IMG/VR virus record: IMGVR_UViG_2563367002_000003 | Length of the DNA stretch: 52,323 bases | Strand: one strand, 5' to 3' | From: a virus | Lineage: Duplodnaviria > Heunggongvirae > Uroviricota > Caudoviricetes | In this document: positions 1 through 9,332 of the stretch, piece by piece | How positions within the stretch are numbered: the stretch's first letter is position 1 | Layout: the number at the start of each line of letters is the position of its first letter | Position numbers and translations under genes: made by a program | The notes under the pieces: model-generated | Seen by the model: only the letters and a program-made list of their open reading frames with translations | Told to the model about the DNA's origin: nothing | Databases searched by the model: none

Positions 1-1182
1 TTACATAACAAACACTTCTTGTATATTACTAAGCGTCTTAGCACCTATACCTTTTATGTTTTTTAAAATATCCAGATCAAGCTTGCCTTCACGAACTCGT
101 GCTTTAACAATTTCTTTAGCGATTGTTCTATTTATATTTAACAATGCTTCCAGTTCATCTAAAGTAGCTTTATTGATATCAGGCTTAGATACAGAGGTTT
201 TGGTATTTGACATATACTCAAGCATATCCGCCACTACTAAATACGTGTGAAATACTGACTTTACAGCTTCAATCCGATCTAACTCGGCATGAACACCTTT
301 ATTTGTTAACTTATTAACTTTATCTAACCATGATCCGAGAAAATCTATATGTGCTTTGGCAAGGTCTTTATTACTATCAGACTGAATAGCCCCATCCATA
401 AATGCCCAAAGGCGGTTTACGTATTGACCTTGCCCAACGGCCCGACCATTAAATTTTTCCTTCGATGCCGGATAAAGTTCATCAGCCAACCCTTCTAGAA
501 GCCTACGACATGTAGTTAAAGCTTGAGACCATTCTTCTTCTTTATCTGAAGAAATAGCTTTAAATGCCAACATTAGTTGTTCTGCGATCACTGGATTTAG
601 ATCTAATAATTTATCATCAACAGCATTTTTCAATACATCAAAACAGTTGCTGACAGTACCTGAAAATTTTAGTTGATTATATATTTGCGATGCTAATTCA
701 TGTGCTTTTTTTCTAACATAATTGATATGTTGATTTAAACTATTCTTATAATACGTTCCGTCATTGCCTTGTTTTTTTCTTACAAGATCGGCATATTTCT
801 CTTCAATAAACCCAATGTTATTATATCCACCACCACTTTCAATATTTTTTAATGTGAGTTCTTCATCTGAATAATGTATATTAGCCTTAACTCCTAATTT
901 GGCAAGTTCTTGTATTCGTTTGTCTAAATTTTCTTGGAAAGATTTATTTTTTGTATTTTCAGCCTCAATAACAAACTTAAGCAATTCAGTTATTGGCTTT
1001 GTATATTTAGTATCACCTAATTGAATAGCACACCATATCTTTTTATCATCATCATTGATGATATCCGAAGTCCGCTGTAGTTTTTGTATAGCCGATAACA
1101 AAGAACCTTTTGGTGACTCGAGTTCTTTAAGTGTTTCTTCAATGAGCTGTAATGCTACTTTCTTGTGTGGCATGTGAATCAT
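1..1182 (-). CDS. hypothetical protein with C-terminal helix-hairpin-helix motif (second gene of a two-gene operon)
   Basis: 393-codon ORF with TAA stop at 1-3; in-frame Met at 1173 has AAGGA at SD distance; C-terminal ~50 aa carries HhH-like signature (LKNIKGIGAKTL); AT-rich; family not recognised. Confidence 0.55.
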   Translation of the reverse strand: MIHMPHKKVALQLIEETLKELESPKGSLLSAIQKLQRTSDIINDDDKKIWCAIQLGDTKYTKPITELLKFVIEAENTKNKSFQENLDKRIQELAKLGVKANIHYSDEELTLKNIESGGGYNNIGFIEEKYADLVRKKQGNDGTYYKNSLNQHINYVRKKAHELASQIYNQLKFSGTVSNCFDVLKNAVDDKLLDLNPVIAEQLMLAFKAISSDKEEEWSQALTTCRRLLEGLADELYPASKEKFNGRAVGQGQYVNRLWAFMDGAIQSDSNKDLAKAHIDFLGSWLDKVNKLTNKGVHAELDRIEAVKSVFHTYLVVADMLEYMSNTKTSVSKPDINKATLDELEALLNINRTIAKEIVKARVREGKLDLDILKNIKGIGAKTLSNIQEVFVM

Positions 1183-1233
1183 CCTTCAACTTATAGCTTC
1201 GTAATCATTAAGTGGTAGATTGTTGCTTTTAAA

Positions 1234-2196
1234 CTAAAAATGAAACTCTGGTGGCTCAGCCATTTTAATACCACCAATACGTATGGGCAGCTCACCTTCT
1301 CGTTGGCACAGGTTCTTAATAGATTGCCACTCCTCAGCTTCTGTTTCCATGTGAGCAGCGACCGAATCAAAAGCACCTTCGGCTACGACTATAGTAGGTT
1401 CTTTATCTGTTTCATTGCCATTCGAATCCACTTTTGGTACTTCGGCCAGTTCTTCTTCCAGCCCAGCCAAACTCACTTTCAGTTCATCAAGACTACTGGC
1501 GGCGTCTATTGGCGCATAGAAGAACAGCCCACTGATGAAGATAGCTTCCATTACCTCACTGAAAGAAAACGAGGTATCGCCATAAACAAAGCAGCCATGC
1601 TTGGAACTCTTCACCCCTGATACATTCTTCTTCAACAGGCCGTCCTTTGCCGACGTCATCAACGCCTGTTTGCTATAGAGGATTACAGGAAGATTTTTAA
1701 TTTCGTGAACATCACCGCTGATACTCCAGCGTTCTTTATCACCTTTAATGAAACCTGAAGCATCGCAGCTACTTTCTATGTCAAACTCATCAGTCGGGAA
1801 CCGCTCACGATTAAAATAGGTCGAAAAATCTTCCCCTTCTTCCATATCCTGACGCTTGTAAGCGCGATAAACCGAGCTACGACGGTCAATCCCAATCCAT
1901 TCAATATCCCATGTCGTTGGCCCGGACGGTTTTCTTACCTCATCTATATAAGCACCAACATCTCTGTCCAGATAAGCTGCTAACAGTGCCTTCCACAGTT
2001 CTATTGCCAGAAAGATACTTGCCAGCGATGTTCCTTCTTCAATCAGAACAGTATGGTGGAAGAAGCGAAGAAGAAAGAAGGGATCGGTATTGGCTATCGT
2101 GTTCTGGATGGATAGCAATGGAACCGCCGAGGTTTCATCGTAATCGGACTGAAACCGCAGTATTGCATCGGAACAAAAAATTAATTTACCTTCCAT
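1234..2196 (-). CDS. hypothetical protein (first gene of the two-gene operon)
   Basis: 320-aa ORF; ATG at 2196 preceded by AGGAGG 9 nt upstream; 52-bp gap to downstream ORF on same strand; no recognisable motif. Confidence 0.55.
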   Translation of the reverse strand: MEGKLIFCSDAILRFQSDYDETSAVPLLSIQNTIANTDPFFLLRFFHHTVLIEEGTSLASIFLAIELWKALLAAYLDRDVGAYIDEVRKPSGPTTWDIEWIGIDRRSSVYRAYKRQDMEEGEDFSTYFNRERFPTDEFDIESSCDASGFIKGDKERWSISGDVHEIKNLPVILYSKQALMTSAKDGLLKKNVSGVKSSKHGCFVYGDTSFSFSEVMEAIFISGLFFYAPIDAASSLDELKVSLAGLEEELAEVPKVDSNGNETDKEPTIVVAEGAFDSVAAHMETEAEEWQSIKNLCQREGELPIRIGGIKMAEPPEFHF

Positions 2197-2959
2197 CGCT
2201 CATCGCCTCCTGACGCTATCAGACAACGCATTTTACCAGAACACTACCACTTACCGCATTCGACTTTAACCTGACCCATGTTCGTTGATAGCTCTGGATA
2301 TATATTCAACCCAAAAGCATTGACCTTATGGATAACATCACAATATCTGAAACTGATAACTCAGATTATAACATCTGTGATTTTATAGTTTCTTCACTCA
2401 TTTGTGTGAGTTCTGAAACCAAGCGAATATAAGTATTTTTCAACCTATCTTTATCGCAACGACTTACAGACTCCGATAACAGATAATGGCTATAATTATT
2501 GACATAAATATCATTGTCATTTTCAATGAGTGAGTTTTATTCCATGTTCAGTATCTTCTACTTTGTTTACAATACAGATCATAAATGGTGTTTTCTCATA
2601 GGGATGAAAGAGTGTTATCATTTTAATATTTTTCATTTTATTTTTTACTTTTTTATTACTATTTAATACAACATCGCGATCGTGAAAATCAAATTTATTT
2701 ATTTTTTAACCATGATTTTCCCTCTTATTTTTAAACTACTTTTGAAAAAATCTTTATCTCTGTGCTGACGCACGGCTACGCCCTGACGCTGACATTTTTA
2801 TTTTATTCATCTCCTGTCTGTTAAATAAAAAGAAAAGCACTCGATCATTGTTTGATCTCTTTTCCTCATGATGCTGAATTTAGATCCTATGTTTAAACAT
2901 AGTTTTTCCCTTTAGACATATAGCATTTGCTCTTAAACGTATAGGAAAACTACATCCTT

Positions 2960-3003
2960 GGTAGCAGCGCTTCGTGATTGTTGCGAACAATCACTCTGCT
3001 GAA
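2960..3003. repeat. palindromic ~43-bp repeat, copy 1 (candidate operator or structured RNA)
   Basis: GGTAGCAGCGCTTCGTGATTGTTGCGAACAATCACTCTGCTGAA; internal inverted repeat TGATTGTT/AACAATCA flanked by CAGCG/CGCTG; second near-identical copy ~138 bp downstream. Confidence 0.6.
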
Positions 3004-3097
3004 CAGGGCTTGCCCCTGTTAATATTGGATTTATCCAAAAAAGATCGCGTCGTAGACGCATATAAAGTTAAAGTAAAATTAATCAAGCAGTCCCGAT

Positions 3098-3142
3098 AGT
3101 AGCAGCGGTTCATGATTGTAGAAAACAATCACTTCGCTGTAA
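3098..3142. repeat. palindromic ~43-bp repeat, copy 2
   Basis: AGTAGCAGCGGTTCATGATTGTAGAAAACAATCACTTCGCTGTAA; same orientation and same inverted-repeat core as copy 1, ~86 percent identical. Confidence 0.6.
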
Positions 3143-3548
3143 TAACATAGTAGGAAAAATAACACAGATAACACCACTGGTGCCATTTTGATAAGGCACC
3201 AATCAACTAAAGAGAAGAACTATTTTCAATATTACATTCTTTAAAATGTCATCCAAAGCTTCGCTATTTGAATAATGAAGAAGAAAAATGCTCTCAAGCC
3301 AGCTATAGCTTAAAACAAAGTACGCACTCTTGGGAGTTAAAGTCCCGAATCCCGGTACTTAAGTTGATAACTATTCTCAAATAAAAATAATAAAGTGTTA
3401 TTGTATATATTCTGTAGCACTACAATTTTTATACGTAAAAACATCAAGTGTTAGTTATTTTAAAAAATATAAACTTTAAGTATTGACTTGCACACAAAAT
3501 ATAGTATCTACTTAAATGTATAACTAAAAAAATAAAGGAGTAAATACC

Positions 3549-4130
3549 ATGATAGAAAATAAGATACAAACTGAAGTAAAGAAATCAAGAAGAGGTCTCC
3601 CACGTCATACTAAAAACCCATTTCTTAATGATACAAGTCTACATACAAAAACTGGCGTCAGACGTATTACTACAGGAAAAGATCGATTAGCATTAGTTAA
3701 TGAGAGTACGGGAGAACAAGTTGGTAATGGTGGTTTCTTTCAGTCTATGGAAGTAGACAAGACACAGTTTGTGAAGCTTTATGTGGATGGCGTATCAGCT
3801 ATTGAGGGTTTATCCTCATCCGGTAAGAAAGTATTCAAGATACTGTATCTTGCTATCAGAGATAATAAAGATACAGATACGATATTAATGTCATTCGATA
3901 TTGTTGATCAAGATATCGTGAAAATATCAAGAACTACTTATTTCAAAGGTATGAAAGAACTTGCTGACAAGAAATTTATTGCTGAGACCATGATACAGAA
4001 CTATTATTTTATTAATCCAGACTATATGTTTAATGGTGATCGTTTAACTTTCATGAAAACTTATTACTTGAAGGACAAAAAAACTAAAACTAAAGAGAAC
4101 AAAATTAATTGCCAAGGCAAAACACAGTAG
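3549..4130 (+). CDS. hypothetical protein, possibly DNA-binding
   Basis: 193-aa ORF; strong SD AAAGGAG 8 nt before ATG at 3549; sits at the end of a 1.3-kb AT-rich intergenic region containing the palindromic repeats; function unknown. Confidence 0.6.
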   Translation: MIENKIQTEVKKSRRGLPRHTKNPFLNDTSLHTKTGVRRITTGKDRLALVNESTGEQVGNGGFFQSMEVDKTQFVKLYVDGVSAIEGLSSSGKKVFKILYLAIRDNKDTDTILMSFDIVDQDIVKISRTTYFKGMKELADKKFIAETMIQNYYFINPDYMFNGDRLTFMKTYYLKDKKTKTKENKINCQGKTQ

Positions 4131-4214
4131 TTTCAAGAAAGAGATTTTCTCAAGCAACTCCTATCTGAATGATAACTCCATAAAGCCAATGCATTTTAAC
4201 AAACTCCCACCCTA

Positions 4215-4946
4215 CTATAAAAATTGTATAGGGTGATTAAAAAATGAAGCGAAATCGAATGAGAAAACGTTTTTTATATACCAGTTTACAAACTCATATC
4301 TTGGAGAGCTGCTTTTTATCATTGCTGACATATCAATTATATTATGTGTTGATCTACGTAGTTCTGATATATAGAGAACAAAATCAACATGTTCATAATG
4401 TGGATTTTCAACAAGAAAATTAAGTTCTGCCATTACATATTCAGATTCATAAGGCATTATCGATTCATTAAGAATAACAAGTCCACCGACTGCTCTAGGA
4501 ATATTTAAAGATTCCTTTGTTGCTCTAATCTGTCTATTGGAGGTTGCTACAAGATCTTTTATATTTCTATAAGCATAATCCATTATCTTTTTTCTGAAAG
4601 CATCTGAGTCGGGGTGTTTTTGAATCAATTCCTCAATATGAACCCTACCGAACCAACTTCTTTTAAGCCATTCATCAGTCTTAGCTAGCTCATTAATTTT
4701 TTCATTTATTAAATCAGTTCTGTCATTTGTGAGTAATTTTTGCTCTAAAATAACATCGTTATTAAATAACAAATAATCTGCCATTTTCGAACTAGAGCCA
4801 TCGTCTTTTTTGAAATCATCCTTCATATCGTCCAATACTATATTATTTTTCTTAGATCGAATAAAATCAAGAAACCTTTTATCTATAGAATCCATCTTTC
4901 CTACCTTCAGTTTTATTTCATCGTCCCGAGCCTGATGATACACCAT
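4215..4946 (-). CDS. hypothetical protein
   Basis: 243-aa AT-rich ORF; alternative in-frame ATG at 4895 has GAAGGTAGGAAAG upstream; no family recognised. Confidence 0.5.
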   Translation of the reverse strand: MVYHQARDDEIKLKVGKMDSIDKRFLDFIRSKKNNIVLDDMKDDFKKDDGSSSKMADYLLFNNDVILEQKLLTNDRTDLINEKINELAKTDEWLKRSWFGRVHIEELIQKHPDSDAFRKKIMDYAYRNIKDLVATSNRQIRATKESLNIPRAVGGLVILNESIMPYESEYVMAELNFLVENPHYEHVDFVLYISELRRSTHNIIDMSAMIKSSSPRYEFVNWYIKNVFSFDFASFFNHPIQFL

Positions 4947-5119
4947 GTCATTTGTCTCTTACAACATTATTAATGTATTAAGCATGGCCATAATAAACAA
5001 CAAAAAAACATTGGCGAGACAAATCAACAGAAATAAACATTGCTGCAAACGGTTAATTTGACACTTACACCATATCTCGTAATATAAATATATCCACTAT
5101 TTTATCCACGAGGTTTTAT

Positions 5120-5599
5120 ATGAGAAAAGTAAAAACAGACAACAGTGATTTAATCGAATATGTAAATACAGTTAAAGAACTAAAAAATCACATTCCAATA
5201 GAAGAATACAGAAATGAATATCGTAAACTGCGTTCTGATGATATTCCATTGGTTAAGGCGCAAAAATTTAAATCTGCCCATACCGAAGTTCGCAGGTTGG
5301 AAAAAAAGAGAGAATCTCTTATTGAATACTTTATTGACGAGTTAAATCCCATCAGCAGTTCAAAAGCTAACACATCAGCAAGATCAACTGGTAATCTCGA
5401 TTTATTTAACGAACGCGTGTTATACCGTAAGGCCATTTCAGAAAAGAGCGATGAAGAAATAGTAGCCTTGGTCATAAAACAACGTACAGAAGCCGCTGTT
5501 GAGTTCCAACGTTCAATTGAACAGAGTCTTGAGCAACTATCTCGTATCTCGTCAGAGTTCGAACCATCAAACCAAAAGCGCAGGAAAATGTCTCTTTAA
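5120..5599 (+). CDS. hypothetical protein
   Basis: 159-aa ORF; GAGG 8 nt upstream of ATG at 5120; charged, likely helical; no family recognised. Confidence 0.5.
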   Translation: MRKVKTDNSDLIEYVNTVKELKNHIPIEEYRNEYRKLRSDDIPLVKAQKFKSAHTEVRRLEKKRESLIEYFIDELNPISSSKANTSARSTGNLDLFNERVLYRKAISEKSDEEIVALVIKQRTEAAVEFQRSIEQSLEQLSRISSEFEPSNQKRRKMSL

Positions 5600-5757
5600 A
5601 ACGACTCTATGCTATTCGTGTGAAATGTGATGTATTAGATTGCTTATGCAATAATGTTTACTATATTATTTACTGACTGTTTTTTTTTGATTTTTCCAAC
5701 AGCACCGTAAGCATTATTTTTATTAATCGCCTATTTTAAAACACCGGATGACATACT

Positions 5758-6162
5758 ATGAGTGAAGCTCTTAAGGCACTGAACAATATTCGTACACTTC
5801 GCGCACAGGCTCGTGAAACAGATCTGGCAACTCTGGAAGAGATGCTGGAAAAACTCACCACAATCGTTGAAGATCGCCGTGAGGAAGAAAATTCAGCCCG
5901 TAAAGAACAAGAAGAACGTCAGGCTAAACTGGAAGCCTTCCGCCAGAAATTGTTAGAAGACGGTATCGATCCTACAGAACTACTCGCTTCAGTTGGTTCA
6001 TCCCAGCCTAAAACCAAATCAACTCGTGCTCCTCGTCCTGCTAAATACAAATATACAGATGAAAACGGTAATGAGCAGACTTGGACGGGTCAGGGCCGTA
6101 CTCCTAAAGCAATCGCCGCTGCTATCGAAGCTGGTAAGACACTGGAAGACTTTGCTATCTAA
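5758..6162 (+). CDS. H-NS family nucleoid-associated protein (horizontally acquired H-NS paralogue, Hfp-like)
   Basis: 134 aa beginning [20 protein letters not shown] and containing TWTGQGRTP, collinear with H-NS/StpA over the full length; lies in the islet next to serU. Confidence 0.9.
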   Translation: MSEALKALNNIRTLRAQARETDLATLEEMLEKLTTIVEDRREEENSARKEQEERQAKLEAFRQKLLEDGIDPTELLASVGSSQPKTKSTRAPRPAKYKYTDENGNEQTWTGQGRTPKAIAAAIEAGKTLEDFAI

Positions 6163-6225
6163 CCGCTACAGCATATCCGGGCTTCACTGTTCTCAAGATA
6201 ACAGGCCCGGAAAATATTCGATTAT

Positions 6226-6576
6226 TCATCCAAGACTATCCCAGTCTGGCAGGTTGTTAACGACCTTTCGCCACCAATGATACGCAGCCATAAGAACACC
6301 AAAACAAATACCTGCGACGACGCTTGAGACAAATGCAGTGCCCGGTTGTATCCCTGTATCCTTCCAAGTAAAAAACCACATACAGATCCCCCATGCCGGA
6401 CCAAACCATCCACCCATCAACAAAGTGATTTGCCAGAATGAGGCAAAAGGTAGCGGTGGTATCTTGAGTCCAGCTTTCCATGCGAGGTGTAGCAAAGGAG
6501 GGGCATAATTACTTCGCCACATCCTCTTGCTTTCCATGATGGCAATAGCGTGTTTCTTTTTAGCTTCAAAGCCCAT
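6226..6576 (-). CDS. small membrane protein, function unknown
   Basis: track ORF 6226-6606; in-frame ATG at 6576 has GGAAGG SD; two or three hydrophobic segments; normal GC content. Confidence 0.45.
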   Translation of the reverse strand: MGFEAKKKHAIAIMESKRMWRSNYAPPLLHLAWKAGLKIPPLPFASFWQITLLMGGWFGPAWGICMWFFTWKDTGIQPGTAFVSSVVAGICFGVLMAAYHWWRKVVNNLPDWDSLG

Positions 6577-6684
6577 AAGGTTCCTTCCAGATCCACCTTT
6601 ACTCATCTATCTATCGATAAAAAGCCACAATAGACAATAATGATTATCAATTCCATGTATGTAAGTCAAAAATAACTCAAATAG

Positions 6685-6927
6685 TCATTCCTTTAGATCT
6701 TCTGGTGAAACCCGGTCACATGCCATTTTCTCAAGCATTCTTTGTAATCTTTTCATTTTCAACTTATGTGCTTTTTTCTCACCAATCTCCTGATAGTATT
6801 CTTCACGACGTTCGTTGACCACGCTCCTGAATTTTTTCAAAAGCTGTTCAAGTGTTTTGATGTCGGTAGTTGCGGCTTCCACTTGGATTTTTTTATACAT
6901 ATACATCACATGAAATTCATCAATCAT
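6685..6927 (-). CDS. hypothetical small protein
   Basis: track ORF begins at a TTG (6972); ATG at 6927 is preceded by AAGGAG 6 nt upstream; 80 aa, charged/coiled-coil-like. Confidence 0.45.
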   Translation of the reverse strand: MIDEFHVMYMYKKIQVEAATTDIKTLEQLLKKFRSVVNERREEYYQEIGEKKAHKLKMKRLQRMLEKMACDRVSPEDLKE

Positions 6928-6999
6928 TTTTTGCTCCTTGGATAGAAAAATAATATTTGTTATCAGCCCCAAGAAGGGGCCGATAGACCTCAGAACATA

Positions 7000-7296
7000 T
7001 CAACATATTGATTCCGCCAGAACCGTATAATGCATTTTGGCTAATGCCTGCTTAACCCCTTTAAAATCCACTTCAGACAGTTTTCCAGCAGCGTTCTTTT
7101 TCCATGCTTTTTTCAGAAGATGTTTCTCAGCATTCCTCATCGCCAGATCGATTAGCTTACAAACAAACTCATGATCCATTACATGCGTTATAATCATATT
7201 GCTGGTCGTTTTATCCTTTGAGTTAAAAAGCTCCGCATAGATATGCAAGGACACAACATAAAAGATTTCAGTGTTTTTATTTTTAAATGTATTCAT
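7000..7296 (-). CDS. hypothetical small protein
   Basis: 98-aa ORF; ATG at 7296 with AGAGGA SD ~9 nt upstream; AT-rich. Confidence 0.45.
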   Translation of the reverse strand: MNTFKNKNTEIFYVVSLHIYAELFNSKDKTTSNMIITHVMDHEFVCKLIDLAMRNAEKHLLKKAWKKNAAGKLSEVDFKGVKQALAKMHYTVLAESIC

Positions 7297-7348
7297 TTTT
7301 ATTTCCTCTTTAGTTTAATATTGGAATAGCAAAATATTTGTATGAGCA

Positions 7349-7639
7349 TTAGCGGTATACACACTTATAGACAATCCAAAGCTGACGAAGGTGTTGCTTT
7401 ACCTTACAGTGGTTTACTTCTCCATAAATCCGATTCCTTTTGCCTTCTTCTGTGTCATCGTAAAAATGATATCGCGTTTTTTTAATGATACTTTCCATAA
7501 TGTCATTCATATTGTATTTATTGTTGAGAAAATAATAAAAATCATCTGGTGCATTCCGCCGTAATCCGTCCATATAGTTCCTGAAATAACATTCGGCTTG
7601 TTCAATAAACTCTTTTATCGTAATAAGTTCTATCTTCAT
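7349..7639 (-). CDS. hypothetical small protein
   Basis: track ORF 7349-7651; second ATG at 7639 has GGAG SD 8 nt upstream; AT-rich. Confidence 0.4.
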   Translation of the reverse strand: MKIELITIKEFIEQAECYFRNYMDGLRRNAPDDFYYFLNNKYNMNDIMESIIKKTRYHFYDDTEEGKRNRIYGEVNHCKVKQHLRQLWIVYKCVYR

Positions 7640-7720
7640 ATTTTTCTCCATTATTGTTTAGGGTAATAAGATGCCCTGTGCGAACAGATATTTGTTCGAC
7701 ACGAGATCTTGTTTCTTTTT

Positions 7721-7939
7721 TTATGCAGCGTTCTGGCGTGAGTGTCGAATAGTCACTTCAATCCATTCATCAATCTCACTTTCAACAAAAGCGACACACC
7801 TCGGACCTATTTTTACTCTGTCAGGAAAGTTTCCTTCCTTAATACGCTCATATAAAGTCGTGCGACTAAATCCCACTCGATTTAAAACATCAGGAACGCG
7901 GATAAATCGTTTTACGCTGGTTTCAATATTTTCTTTCAT
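7721..7939 (-). CDS. alpA: AlpA-family phage/island transcriptional regulator (excisionase-like)
   Basis: 72 aa from ATG at 7939 (MKENIETSVKRFIRVPDVLNRVGFSRTTLYERIKEGNFPDRVKIGPRCVAFVESEIDEWIE) fits the AlpA pattern; track ORF is extended upstream to 8011. Confidence 0.8.
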   Translation of the reverse strand: MKENIETSVKRFIRVPDVLNRVGFSRTTLYERIKEGNFPDRVKIGPRCVAFVESEIDEWIEVTIRHSRQNAA

Positions 7940-8155
7940 TGTCTGCCCTCTATTATTGTAAGTAATCTCTATGAGATTTCGCTTTTCTCTATGTTGTTTC
8001 GACGTGAACAATGATAGCGATTTTGCTTATGGTAATTTAGGGACGTTCAAAGAAGTTTTTTTTGAAAAATTCGAAGGGGCACGGATGGAAAGATAACGGT
8101 TAACACTGGATGCGATCACGTTCGCACGGAGCGAACGTAACCCTTTTTACTTGGC

Positions 8156-8992
8156 TTATTTTTTCTTATTCCTGTCGTCTTCTACATGCTTTTCAACAGG
8201 GGAGTCTTTCAAGTGATTGTTTTCCATCATGTAATCTTCAAGCGATTTCAGATAGCTCGCATCCGTCAGAAAAGCCATTGCTAACGGGTAGTCCGTTGCC
8301 TTTAGCATTCCTTCATCACGATCGTTGTCGCTGTCCTCGTGAAGCAGCGAGGAAATCAGTGAAAGCGGGATTTTAATGCCGTTATCTTCTCCCCAGAAGA
8401 TCAGGTCCATCATCGGGATAAGACGATATTCAATAATTTTTCTGAATGTGCTTTTCCCAAAACGATACTCTCTTGGCGCTGGAGACTTCATCTTAAGCTG
8501 TCTCTTCCATCGGGGGATCAACACTTTCAGATGTTCAATGATCTCTTCGGTTGATGCTTCTTCCAGATGAATATCGACAGTAATACGTGAAAGATTATTA
8601 AGGGATGTCTCTTTCAGATACTCGGACAGAAATTCAGACTGGCTTAACCCAGAGAGTTCAGGCGTGGCTTCGGTTAATGCCAGCGTTTTCGCATAAAATT
8701 GCGCGTGGCTTCGTGTCGTAGGATTTACTGCGTAGGTTCTGGCAAGCTCATGTCCAAGAGTAGCGGTATCACCACTGAAAAAGATTTCACCGCTGAGGAT
8801 CTTGTTGCGGTAATCATCCAGCATTAATCGGTTAAAGGTAGGTATGGTGTTCCGGCTCAACAACATTCTGTAAGCCAAGATGCGCCGCTCAACCTCAACA
8901 TAAAAATGCTGTAAGGTGAGTTTCTCTATCGCCTCATAGCGTTCAACATCAAACCATGCTTCCAGTGCTTTCCTGATTTCACTTCTTTTCAT
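8156..8992 (-). CDS. island-associated protein, possibly YfjJ/YagK family
   Basis: 278 aa from ATG at 8992 with GGAGGA SD 4 nt upstream (track start 9049 is TTG); position next to alpA is typical of P4-like islands; family assignment from memory only. Confidence 0.5.
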   Translation of the reverse strand: MKRSEIRKALEAWFDVERYEAIEKLTLQHFYVEVERRILAYRMLLSRNTIPTFNRLMLDDYRNKILSGEIFFSGDTATLGHELARTYAVNPTTRSHAQFYAKTLALTEATPELSGLSQSEFLSEYLKETSLNNLSRITVDIHLEEASTEEIIEHLKVLIPRWKRQLKMKSPAPREYRFGKSTFRKIIEYRLIPMMDLIFWGEDNGIKIPLSLISSLLHEDSDNDRDEGMLKATDYPLAMAFLTDASYLKSLEDYMMENNHLKDSPVEKHVEDDRNKKK

Positions 8993-9270
8993 CCATCCTC
9001 CAACAATCCATTTCCTTTGATATATCTTCACAGGATCCGTTTGGAACAATTGAAGTTCAACTGTTTTGTCATCAGAGACGGGGGAATGGCTAAGTTGTTG
9101 TTAAGAGTGTGAACTCGAGAGCATAAAAGTGGATGCCCGACGCGCGGCAAAATGGTAAAAAACAGCATCAGTAGTAAGAAAAATTGAGCGAGAGAAAGGA
9201 ATTTTAATGCAGGGATTTATGCATGACAAAATCAAAAATGCTTTGTAAGTGATTGATTTTGTTGAATGAT

Positions 9271-9332
9271 TGGCGGAGAGAGGGGGATTTGAACCCCCGG
9301 TAGAGTTGCCCCTACTCCGGTTTTCGAGACCG
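9271..9332 (-). repeat. displaced 3' portion of tRNA-Ser gene (att direct repeat, distal prophage junction)
   Basis: 62 bp matching the 3' end of the intact tRNA-Ser at 51343-51404 with two substitutions (GTAGAG/CCCTACT versus GTGGAG/CCCCACT) that are complementary within the variable-arm stem. Confidence 0.85.

Noticed and set aside
3483-3525. Sigma-70 promoter for the 3549-4130 gene (TTGACT at 3483-3488 with TATCTA or TATAAC downstream)
   Set aside because: The -35 match is good but no -10 hexamer with correct spacing is convincing; not listed as a feature.
8993-9270. Integrase gene for the left islet next to the tRNA remnant
   Set aside because: No ORF with tyrosine-recombinase features lies between the YfjJ-like gene and the att repeat; an integrase, if any, must be outside the window.
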